64,000 bases of DNA, from NCBI GenBank assembly GCA_010909165.1, contig MU008206.1:124001-188000 (forward strand). Reading direction: 5' to 3'. The notes under the pieces are model-generated. The model searched no databases. It saw only the letters and a list, made by a program, of their open reading frames with translations, and was not told the DNA's origin. The position numbers and the translations under genes were made by a program. Positions 24,895 to 36,199 of the stretch are shown one piece after another. Source of the DNA: Anthoceros angustus (lineage: Eukaryota; Plantae; Anthocerotophyta). How positions within the stretch are numbered: position 1 is the stretch's first letter; the number at the start of each line of letters is the position of its first letter.

Positions 24895-27800
24895 TTACCT
24901 TCCAGGCTGCCTTGGACTAGTCTCGTAGTTGCCAGTATCCCTTTGATGCTCCGACTGTGAGATTGCGGCAGTGACTGTGAAATCAGACTCAATTTGTATT
25001 GTCCGCAACATGTCTTGCAACCGTATCATGTTGTTCTGGCCGAGGGGTTGTGTCCTCAGGAAACGCCCACTCGACATGCTGACAAAAACTGTTCCCACCC
25101 CAGGCGCTCCTCTTCTACTATTATCGGTTGTCGTCGCCGGAGCAGTAACCGGCCGACCAAGACTCGCCAAATCCAAGTTAGGGAAAACATTTGAGCGGCA
25201 ATGTGGACATTTGACATTGAGCCGGAGCCATTCGTCGATACACGCCATGTGGAAGTTGTGCCCACATGGCAAACCACGTACCTGCAGAAAATCCAGGAGG
25301 ATCCAGAGGATGGAAATACTGCAAAAGCAGAATTTGCAACTGGGCTAGGTCAATGTCAGTGAAAAATTGCGCGCAGATGAAAGGTCACCTCAGTTCCGAC
25401 TTCAAATTCATCAAGGCATATCGGGCATGAACTGCAGTCACTGGGCACTGCTTTGAGGCGGAACTTGGGTAGCAACTGAATATGCCCCTCAACTGCTTCC
25501 CTCTGCCATTCCCACAACGTACGCACATAACGAGTTAGTTTGAGGTCCTTCTAATAAAGAACTCCTGCCTAACGACTCGCCCATGACTAAGTAACATGAT
25601 CAAATTGGAACCTGAAGTGGTGTGAGATACAGCCCAGGATGATAAGCTGTAAGGTCATGGCTTGAAGTTGCTCTGACAGGAAGCTCCTGGCTGACGCTTG
25701 ATGGTGACCGGAAATCGAACTGAGGAACGCGAATCAGCTCAACAAAGACCTGCACCCACACTCAATTTGCGCTAATACAGCTTCGAATAGTTTAAGCAGT
25801 TATCAAAGTGCAGATCACAGCTATATAACCGCGGACCTATAAGAGTAGCGGTCAGAATAGACACTTACATCAAACTCAGACATTGGAGCAGAGTCTGGAG
25901 AGACAAGGCGTAGGCGTAATTTCCGTCTGATGAACCACTGCAGTTCGCACAGCATTTGTATCAACTTAAATTAGCTAAACGGGCGTAAAAACAGCCTGCA
26001 TTGAGTCACCATCTGATGCACGGAAGATGCAACTAAGAGGAGCACCAGCAACAGTGTCAAATTGGAAATAAGGGAGGTTTGCAGACCTTGACAATAGACA
26101 TGCAAGCTATGGAGAAGAGCCCACAATAGCTGAACACCAACCAGATGAGAAACCCCCATTTTTGACCGTCCTCGGGCAGCTGAATCCACAGCAACGCATT
26201 AGATAGAGAACTTTCAACCAACTATTCCCTTAGAACCACCTAGCCCAGTACGAAGAAAGCTGTGCATCTACCAAACCAGAATTCGAGTACAGACATGGAT
26301 CAACATCATCGAACATGTATGCAGATTATGTACAGGAGTGCAGCATTTGACAGTACTTAGCATTCTTTGGGCTCAAGCCAATGGATGCATCGAAGATGGA
26401 TGCTGTTCTATCTATTATAAACAAGCACCGTGATACTTACACAGCTTTTGGTGCTCTTGTACCATAAGCTTCCAATAATCGTCCATGCCCAAAGAAACGG
26501 GTACAAAAACAATGCTAGACAGGAGAGAACTGCTAGCCTTCCTTTGAACCGCAAAGTCCTTTCGGCTTCACTCGCATCACTGCATGTTCCACAGACCAGC
26601 AGTTAAGAGCTGACAGCTATTACTAGCAGGTATGACTACATAATGAGACTTCAAATACTTCAAGACGAGCTTGCAGATGGTGATAAAATCCGGAGCACAA
26701 TATGCACAAGCTAGTGAAATGCCGCTGACTAACGTTCAAGCGTAACACACAGTCTGACATAAACATCATGACGTTGCATTTCAACAAGCCGTTGCATTCC
26801 AACAGTGGCACTGAGCTAAGTACCACATCGAGTCTGACATAGAGGTTATGATTTGAAATAAAAATGCATGCATCTTAGAAGAAAGCCCAAAATGACTCTT
26901 ACAGTCCCATGCCAGATGCAAGTCCATTGTCGAGAAACATGAGGATCCGAAATACGAAAACAGTGGCGTAGTCCACCTGCACAGTAGAATTCATTTTTAC
27001 ATAAGATGTTCCTTGAGTAAGATGGTTTGGTCCTACTCCAGCCCTCCAACCCCAAGCCCCTTCCCCACCTCCCGCCCCGCTTTCCCCACCCCCACCGTCT
27101 CAGATTCTAAAAGCATCAGGGTGCATGGAAGCTCACCACAATCCAAATATGCAGCGGATAGGTACATCTGTTATATCTGTTCCAATTCAATGAGACCACG
27201 ATCCTGTTCGTAGAGTAGTTAAGAAAAAGCACATTCACTGAAGTACACTATCAGTAACATTATTGTCAAAACATCTGTCGCACGGGCAAAATTGAACAGT
27301 CCTTTCACTGCAGCACGATCAGCTTATCAAAGAGGAAAAGGATACACACTTGTGGCGAGCATAGACAAGAAGAAGCCATCAAACCTGCAACAAAATGCCA
27401 GACAAGGCTTTGAAATTTTGGCCACCAGAGCCTCAATGCAGTTCCTCTGCATGTCTAAGTACTTGAAGTGCTTTGCAAGATCGTGGTAATGGATCCTAGT
27501 TGCGGTGAGAACACTCTAAAAACGCTAGGCAAGCTGGGTAACAGTCCACCAAAGCTGTTGCAGTTTTCTTGGAAAATAATGATCACGAAATTGGTCAATA
27601 GAATCAGCATACTTCTGTTCCACTCAACAAGAATTAGTAAGATGCTCAGCACCGTCATTACATCACCGGCAGTAAGCATATCCAGCACAATGCAAATCGT
27701 TTCCAAGCATACTGGCAGCACCATGGACCAGGTAATTGCCATCTGATAGGACCCTCGGAGAAGAAGCCACGGGCAGAAAAAGTATGTAAACTAGACCTTC

Positions 27801-28178
27801 CATTTCTGATTGCTAACATTAGAAGTTCAAAAGCAGCTGCTTGCATTGCAGCAGCTTACTTCAAAGCTGGGTCATTTGGGTCACAAATACTCCGACGTGT
27901 CTGTCCGACGAGCCTTAGCAAGAAACTGAGGCAGAAATCCAAAACTTTCAGAGAGCTTTGAGCAAGATTTGAACAGCTCTCATCAGTTGAGACACAACAG
28001 AAAAATTCTCGACTATTCAGGAGGCACCCATAAATGCTTGAGGCTGCTAAGTGCACTCCTCTAATTCGCAGTTCAAGCACCTGCTTCGTCGTGCAACCTC
28101 CACCACACAACAGAATCGTGAACCGCACAACCGGGGCCCGACTACGTACCACTTGAAGTCAAAGCCACGAATTCTCAT
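24895..28178 (-). CDS. SIS3: Membrane-anchored RING-H2 E3 ubiquitin ligase SIS3-like, about 10 exons
   Basis: MRIRGFDFKW / FDGFFLSMLATSV / VDYATVFVFRILMFLDNGLASG / LPEDGQKWGFLIW / CPICLDEF...LPCGHNFHMACIDEWLRLNVKCPHC follow the Arabidopsis SIS3 sequence order. Confidence 0.92.
27204..27345 (-). other. U12-type (minor spliceosome) GT-AG intron 2 of SIS3
   Basis: Donor GTATCCTTTT; branch site TTTCTTAAC about 14 nt upstream of the CAG acceptor; splicing joins ..TSV|IVVSLNW in frame. Confidence 0.88.
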
Positions 28179-29778
28179 CGTCCTAGCGAACACGGGCGCT
28201 CCACCGCAAGTGTCTCAGCCTAAGTCCGACATGGTCACAAGCCAGCAACTCCAGGAGTGTCAGCTGATGGCCAAGTGCTCCGAAGATTTCGGATTCACGT
28301 GGAGACACAGGCTAGCAATAGCGCCAGATGCCAGAGGACCCTCCTCTGCAGAGTGAGTCCTGAGGCATTTCCCTGTCGTTGCTGATTTGATGAGGAACGG
28401 ACAACTTGCTAAATGCTGCCAAGATTGAGACACATTTCACAATTTCTGAGCCACTGAAGGGAAAGGACGCACCAAGCGCAAAATACGCAAACAGCACAAA
28501 GGCACAGGCGCTAAGACAATTCAGATCCGCAGTAACTGGAAACAAGGCGCAGCAGTCCGATCTGCATACCTAGAGGTGGGGAGACGGACGGCGAAGACCG
28601 CATATGTAATATGCATGGCACAGCATGACATGGCTAGCACGGTCAAGAAAGAAGCTATAGAATTGCAGAGCCCGCAACCAGGGTGAACGGTACGCTCGCA
28701 CTCACACTTCCCACTCACGCACTTTCCACCTGCCGCACTTCACTCTTCATACGCCAGGGAATTATGTCTGCCTGTAAAAGCTACGAAATCCCAAACTGCA
28801 ACTACACACAGCTTGTAATACCTATGTATGTAGTACCTATATTATGTTTGCTTGACGTGGCAGTTGTCAAGAAAATTTCTGACGTTCACTGGGATTCAGT
28901 TTCTCCCATCCCGTCGTGGATCTAACTTAAACCTGGATTTTACTGGTATGTATTAATTCTAAAAGAGAGTACTTAAAAAAGTACTTACTATTTAAAAATA
29001 ATAATTAAAATATAAAAAACTATTATATAATATGAATGTATGGTATTGTCATGTAACAATTCACAACGCGTAAAAACGAGGATGGGAAGAACATAAAATA
29101 CTGCGGAAGTACACTTCCAGAGTCCTTAAAGTAGGTGCCCCCATACCTTTTCTTGGACAGCGAGACAAACAAAATCTTTCTCTACGGACATCCTCTAGCT
29201 TAACTACATTCGGGCCAGACCTCTCCACATGGATATTATGAAAAAGAGGAAAGGCAAGTCCAAAATTTTATGAAGGGGAAAAAATTGATGGGAGAAGCCC
29301 ATCCAGCAAAGGACAACCGAGAGAGACCTTGAGGGACGACGTGAAAAGGAGAAGTTAAGAAAGGAAAGGTGAGTAACTTTGTAGATCTTACAATCTTACA
29401 ATCGTCTCTTACAATCTTTGCACAAGGCGAGTAACTTTGTAGATTATGCCTAGAGGTGGTAAAACTAGTGTGACTTCTAAGACTCTAAGAAGACGAATGA
29501 ACCTATGGATTTTCCATAATATCCATTTGCTAACCCAAATTTGCACCAGGTAAGTCCACATGTACTCCTTGATGATCACAAATATGGTATTCGTGTGCAT
29601 GTACCCGGTCCATCGATGTTAGCACATTCAGAGTTCATAGCAGCACAACAGCTTAGTTTGAGCTCAATCTGAGCCATGTGGTCAACATCGTCGAGCCACC
29701 ATCGCAGGAGCTTGCAAGAGCAGCATCGTGTGACCTAATGGGAGAGCCTTAGTACATTCTTAGGACTGAAAACAGGTT

Positions 29779-30628
29779 TCATGGTAGGGCTTGACACGAG
29801 ACCTCGTGGCACTGGTACAGATGAAGCAACATAGGCAGCCATTGTAAGGCAGCAACTTGAGCTAGCCAAGGAGTTACATCAACTTGTTGCAATCCACTCC
29901 ATCCGAGCTCTTGGCTCTCTTCAAGACTTAATTGGGGCTTGGGCTTATTTCTTCTTGGACTTATTTGACATTCATACAATAGCTCTGCACATATGGTGAA
30001 TGAGAGTCCAAATGATATAATTGTGTAGGAAGAGGGCCTTGTACTTCCATTGGCTGCATGAACAAAAATAGCAATTGCCAAAGCCGTTGACTATGCACTG
30101 GCAATCACTGCAGCAAAGGCAGGGTTAGGATTTGAACCCGTGGAAAGCAAATCGGTTGAATGGATGCGAAATACATCTAAGGCCTCATTAGCCAACCATC
30201 TTTCCATTTGCTTAAAGGCATAATATTATTGCAGAGAGAAAGTATCACCATGCCGCAAGCGCAGTTCCAAGACCACAGTGTTGTAATATACCTTGAAGCC
30301 TCGTAAAGCTAATGTTGCTGGCCTTTGGCTAAACTTGGAAATCCTTTGATATGAGGATTCTCCTTCCATAGGCGGCACTGACCCATAACAGCTAGTTGGA
30401 GATATGCTACTTTGAGAAGTGGTAGGATGGAAACTCCAAGCTTGCGAAGGTAACTTATTGTCCTTAGCTTCACTCACGACTCCCAGTTCTTCAACTAAAG
30501 CCTTGTAATCAACTTCTGTCTTTGCTATTGTCCACAAAGGATCAAAAGTATCTTCCACAGGACCAGACTCTTGAACTGCTTCGTCTAGCAAGGGGTAAGC
30601 CCGTGGTTGTCGCTCGGTTCTAGTTCTG
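29779..30628 (-). pseudogene. Unidentified ~280-codon reading frame with two in-frame stops and hydrophobic segments
   Basis: ORFs 30226-30591 and 29779-30081 share a frame; the linker has only TAA (30226) and TAG (~30100); possible acceptor TTTGCAG near 30628. Confidence 0.45.
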
Positions 30629-31624
30629 CAAATGCTTGAAATCTAAGAGGGTCTGATGCTTCCTCTTCTCTGGTCCTAGCCCAACTGCACAAGAAATATG
30701 GAGATCTAGCTCCCCTACGACATGCCCCAAGTAGTCCCACGGAAACTTCTTCATGCATGTTCATCAGAAAGATTGGATTTATGAGGCTAGCCTTAAAACC
30801 ATTAATTTTCTGATTGCACCACGAGAGAATAAGGTGGCTAGACTACCATAGCTAATCAAACTGCGTGCTCCTACTCACAAAGCAGGAAGTGCAAGTAGTT
30901 TTCAGCAACTAAAGTTTACTGTAAGTCAGCAAAACCCAGACTACCTGTGAGTGAAACCTCACATATGGAGTCTAGGCACTATTCTGAGACCAGAGAATTC
31001 CATCATGCTCATGCCCATGCACCAAACACATAGCAGCAATTGCTTACCACAAGATTGCATTCTTAAACAGCAAAGCCGCCAACACAAAGGTTCATCCAAA
31101 CCTGAAGTCTGTTCACGACTTGCTGAAAACCGTAACTCTAAGAGCAGCGGATGCTTGTCGTGTGCACTCACCATTGCGCCGCAATCTACCGCATTTTATG
31201 TCGAAATCCTCATTAGTTTACGTTATTTATTTATTCTCATTACTTTATTTTTATATTTTATTTACAATAATTACCTGGAAATAGATTTAGTTATTATTTC
31301 AGTAAATGCTTTGTCATATTCAAACTTTGTCATATTCAAACCTTGTCATATTCAAACCATATATGCTAGCAAGTAAGCACGTGCCGATTTGGCAGGTCAT
31401 AAGGAGGTGTGCACATTAAGGCACCCATATGTTGGCTGTTGGGTAGGCAGTAAGTAACCTATAACATGGTAAGTGTTCATCTTGACATTCTCACCTTTGT
31501 CAAAGTTAGGAAACTTAGCAATAAGTTTACTCTCTCGAAGTTATGAAACTTTATAATAAGTCGACACAATCATTGTCTCGAATTAACAAACTTCATGAAA
31601 AACAAAGCTTTAATTTTCAAACTA

Positions 31625-31857
31625 GAACGAGAGACTCTCAACACATTGTTAGCGTGGCCCCACTAAGTCTTCAACTAAAAAATTTCATGAAAAATAAATG
31701 CTCTAGTCTCCAAAGTGGAACATTGGAACGAGAGACTCTCAACACATTGTTAGCGTGGCCCAGTAAGTCTCCAACTAAAAAATTTCATGAAAAACGAATG
31801 CTCTAGTCTCCAAAGTGGAACATGGGAATGGGAGACTCTCAACATACTGTTAGTGGA
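31625..31857. repeat. 100-bp tandem repeat, ~2.3 copies
   Basis: ACGAGAGACTCTCAACACATTGTTAGCGTGGCCC at 31628 and 31728; partial third copy near 31828. Confidence 0.88.
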
Positions 31858-32825
31858 ATATTGTTTTGAAAATCAAAATTTCTAATCTCCCAAGAATTCA
31901 GTGACAAGAAACTACACATTCCACATTGCGGAGGAAGAAGATTTTATTTAAGTCCACTAAGGATGGATTTCCGTCATGGGACTTGGTACTTAACAACTTG
32001 TACCATGGTATGCCTAAGCTACTTGCACCAAGGGCATCCATTGCCTTTAGGCACCCCATCTAAGTACCGATCCAAGCGCAGGATGCTTAATGATCACGTT
32101 CTTATAAATGTGTGTCCATTTGGCCTACGCCATTTGGACACACATTTGAGTGACTGCGTATTCGCTCACATTGCTCAGAGCCTTACCTCACATTGCACTT
32201 GTTCAGGTCAGGACGTATGAACATGCTAGGACCAATATTGCATTAGCAATATAATTGTATTTGCAACAAGCTGGTCGTCATGGTCAACAGGTTAGGTACA
32301 ATGCACATTTTGATCCCCACGACTTCACGGTTTCAAAACATTGTGCTGGATGCTGAAGTACTTAAAGATAAAAAATAGATACGTAATCGATTTGATAGAG
32401 CTTCACGCAACCCTAGCTGAAGATTGTTGGTTGTTGGTTGCCTTGTCACGAGGCCAAGATGTTCATGCCGCTGGGCTGGAGCCCCGTGGTTGCTGCCGTG
32501 AATTTTGTCCCAAGCATTTTTGAAAGATTGAACTGGCCGCGTCTACACCCACATGCATGCTACAAGTGCTGAGCTACTCTGCACTCGTGTCCAAGGAAGG
32601 CCGGGGCCATGGAAATTCAAGCCACAGCAGCGCAAGGACACTCATGATCAAGCGTGAGGGCCCTGGCAGGAGATTCAATGCAGGCACTGGCAGCCCCTGT
32701 TCAGTGTGTGAGCGGGCCCATCTGGGAGGGGCAGTGGCAGCAGGCAATCTCCCGCCATACCCTAGGTGGGTCAGTGCCTCATGTGAGCCACTCTCTTCCA
32801 GCGATGAATGTGCTGATACCCGCTG

Positions 32826-33650
32826 ATGGCAGCAGCATGGAGTGGGAGGAAGAGGACGAGAGCTCCGCTTCCGGTGCGATCCGAAGTCTCCTCCTCCAGC
32901 GGGTTCCGAATGCGCCGTCCCAACGCCTTTTCCAGCAAGCAGATCGTCATCCGGGAGCCCAAATTCGCCGAATTTTGGGAGGTTGCGGACCTGCACTGCA
33001 GTTCCTTCTTCCCTGACCTCACGTTCCCGTTGGACGTGGTGCTGCGGAGTGACAGGTTAGGTTGCTTGCTTGCAGTCCGATTCCGGGTCCGAGTCCGGGT
33101 CGGGATAACCGACTGACGGGGGAGGGCCTGTGGTCAGGGTGATGAGCATGCTGGGAGGCTTCTACGTACCGCCGGGTCTGAGGAAGGAAAGCCTGGTGGC
33201 CGTGGAGAGCGGCCTGAGCCCTGTCATCTCCGGAGCCGCCACAGTCGACACCTTGGCCGACTTCCTGCCTCGCCGCAAACCTTTCTCCCGCCGAAGGTAC
33301 TGTTACCCTCGCCATGTCATGTTGTTCGCCGACTGCTGCAGATGTTTCCAACCCATGGCTTCTGCAGGGCCGGCATTGCGTACCTCTCCAACGTGGCTGT
33401 CAGACCCAGAAGGCGGCGGCGGGGAATCGCCAGGCAGCTGGTTAGAGAGGCTGAGCGGAAGGCAAGGGCGTGGGGTTGCCGGTCCATCGCGCTGCACTGC
33501 GACATGAAGAATGCGGGAGCGGCTGCCCTTTACCTCACGGAAGGCTACAGAGTCGTTCCGATACCTATCGGAGCATCGTGGCCCCAACCCAAATCGATAC
33601 CGGGCTCTGACTTCCAATTGATGCTCAAGCTGCTGTCCAGCAGCGGCTAG
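32826..33650 (+). CDS. Plastid-type GNAT N-acetyltransferase (3 exons; possible alternative start at 32557)
   Basis: IREPKFAEFWEVADLHCSSFFP..FPLDVVLR; acetyl-CoA motif A YLSNVAVRPRRRRRGIARQLV; LHCDMKNAGAAALY; WPQPK; introns ~33055-33137 and ~33297-33368. Confidence 0.9.
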
Positions 33651-34542
33651 GGCATGCTGTTCTACCTAACGTGGTCTCAACGTGGCCTGCAGTTTGCCAC
33701 TGGGAAGTTTATCTCACCAGCCAAGAAGGTGACTCCCTCTCACAATCTGCCTCTCACGCACACACAACGTTTCTTGTGACGCAGGGATGTAACCTAACTT
33801 GTGCACTTGACATCGGCCTGGCAGGAAGTTCGTCACACACTCCAACTGGGCTTATGGAAGAGGTAATCGCTCAGGTTAACTCGCAGGGATGCCATGCCAA
33901 TAAGTACATACATATTCTGCAGTTCCAACACCGGTATGAACTGAGAAGACCTCAGGCCTGCCATTTCAAGAGGCACATCCTCTGCAATTCCAGCGCTCGT
34001 GTGAATTGAAAGGACGTCTGCTAGGTTTCGCTGAAGCATCTGTCCTCCTTCCAATCGCTCGGCTCGCTGCAGACGTCCAGGCCGGGGGGCGCGCGGTGTC
34101 CTAGTGTCGCTTCGCTCCGGCTCACTGTCCCTCACTCTCTTCCTAAGAGAACGAAGTAGGAGCTAAATTAAATCATAGTCCTACCAATGTGATCCAGCTT
34201 ACACGTAGGTGGTCAATTTACAAAACCTTCTTCCACGAGCCTTGCATCTAGTCAATTGAGAAAACGGTCGTGAAGAGCCTCATTCCTTAACTTAATTTAT
34301 CGTGAGTCGCTTTAGTTTAATGTGAGTCGTCTCAAAGTCTATATCCCATCAAAGTGGTCTTCATTATAACATATGTTAACGTGAGTCATCTGGATATATC
34401 CTATCAAAGAGGTTCCCCATTATAATACATAGACTGCTTTTAGAAAAGAAAGCCAAAGAAAAAGGATTCATAAAAAGTAGGAGAAATTAGTAAGTGAGGA
34501 CCAAACTCATATCTGATTTGTACCTATATGAATTTGACTCAT

Positions 34543-34895
34543 AACTTAATCCACTTTCGTCTCAATACACTATCCAAGGGCTTGATGCAAAGGACAAAAA
34601 AGACTCATCCTATGACTCTTAAAACTGTGATGAGAGTAGCATGGGAACCACTCCAATTGGAACCTAGGTATCTGGAACTTAATCCACTTAGTCTCTAATA
34701 CAATATCCAAGGACTTGATGCAAAGGACAAAAAAGACTCATCCTATGACTCTTAAAACTGTGATGAGAGCAGCATGGGAACCACTCCAATTGGAACCTAG
34801 GTATCTGGAACTTAATCCACTTAGTCTCTAATACAATATCCAAGGACTTGATGCAAAGGACAAAAAAGACTCATGCTAGGACTCTTAAAATTGTA
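34543..34895. repeat. 133-bp tandem repeat, ~2.6 copies
   Basis: ATCCAAGG(G/A)CTTGATGCAAAGGACAAAAAAGACTC at 34572, 34705, 34838. Confidence 0.92.
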
Positions 34896-35049
34896 ATAAA
34901 AGCAACTTCATTTGTGACACCAGCAATAAGAATTTGAGGGTCCTTGTCGCTTGAAGGTCCTTGTCGTGCCGTGAGGCAGCATAGCTGTCCATGGCCACAT
35001 TAGGTCACGGCTCATGTCTCAGTGTATCGAGCATTAAGCTTCAAGGTCT

Positions 35050-35910
35050 GGATAAGCCTCCAAAATAGGCTTATCACTTAAACAAGTATGTAATAAGCCT
35101 ACAAAATAGGTTTTTTGGCTAACTACCAAAGTGGCAAAGCAAAAGAAGAACTAGGCAAAATCTTAACCACGCAAACAGTGAAAAGCGATCTCAGCCACCT
35201 GGGTATTAGCAACAACCAACAAGATGCAAGGAAAGAGGACAAGATGTGGGACAAATATGTCTGTCTTTATTATCAGCAAGATAATCTATTAGACAATAAT
35301 GACATTTGTAAATCCAATTTCTAATGACCCCCATAAGAAGAAGAAGAATTTTATTTAAGTCCCAGGCCCCACATATATAGCCTCTGGCTGCTCTTTATCT
35401 CGCTATCGCATTTCCTTTATGTCGATATTAGCCTGCTAGATAGTATTTACATTCTTCTAGATATATATTCTATTAATATCCCTTATCCCTTTTAGATTAA
35501 TTCTAATATTCTAAGACTAATATCTATAGATAAATCCTTATGTCCATGCTCATCCACATGCCACATGCCATACATCCATCCACATGCTACATGACATACA
35601 TCGATCACATGCACATACACATGCCATGCACCCATGGCATCATCCATCATGCCGTCCTAGCTACAAAGCCTACAACTTTATTATGTATAGAGCCTCTTGT
35701 CAGTCCATGCCATGACATCCTCACAATGCAAAACTCCTTCGGAACTTGCACAAATTGGTTTGAAAGCTCAAAATTGGAAGGTCCTTACAATGTAGAACTC
35801 CTTCGGGAAGTTGCACAAATTGGTTTCAAAGCTCAAAATTTGAAGGTCCTCACAACATAGAACTCCTTTCGAAAGTTGCACAAATTAGTTTGAAAGCTCA
35901 AAAATTACCA
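35050..35910 (-). mobile_element. Possible solo-LTR-like sequence with 64-65-bp tandem repeats (35732-35905)
   Basis: Three AACTCCTT(T)CG..TTGCACAAATT..GAAAGCTCAAA units; TATA-like and AATAAA-like signals on minus strand; GAAGAAG(A)ATTTTATTTAAGTCC shared with ~31935. Confidence 0.35.
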
Positions 35911-36199
35911 TTCGCCCATACTATTATTGCCCATTTGGCCTACACCAGAGCACATGGGTCAAGGAGTCCCTGCAAAGCATGACGTAGCCTTTCGCACCAC
36001 CAAGCCGTCCATATAACATTGAATGTCCGCCCTCCTCCGATGTATGTAGATAGATAAATGTAAGTTTGTTACACGCTACAGGTCTCACCTTGTACATTTA
36101 ATAGCTCTAAAATATCAAAAGCTCAATTTTTACATTATGCTTGAAAACAATCTAAATTATCTTTTTTAAAAAATATTTTTTACTTTTTAGAAGAATAAT

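Noticed and set aside
27944-27990. Hammerhead-like CTGATGA..stem..GAAA on the minus strand in SIS3 intron 1
   Set aside because: Three extra bases separate stem II from GAAA and no stems I/III or NUH cleavage site could be formed.
33833-34135. Minus-strand ORF with QRNLADVLS, matching QRDLADVLS in the DUF1644 gene (8 of 9 residues)
   Set aside because: Nucleotide identity is low, flanks do not align in frame, and one such short match is expected by chance in a six-frame 64-kb comparison.
34543-34895. CRISPR-like regular repeat
   Set aside because: Full-unit tandem repeat with no unique spacers, in a eukaryotic context with no cas genes.
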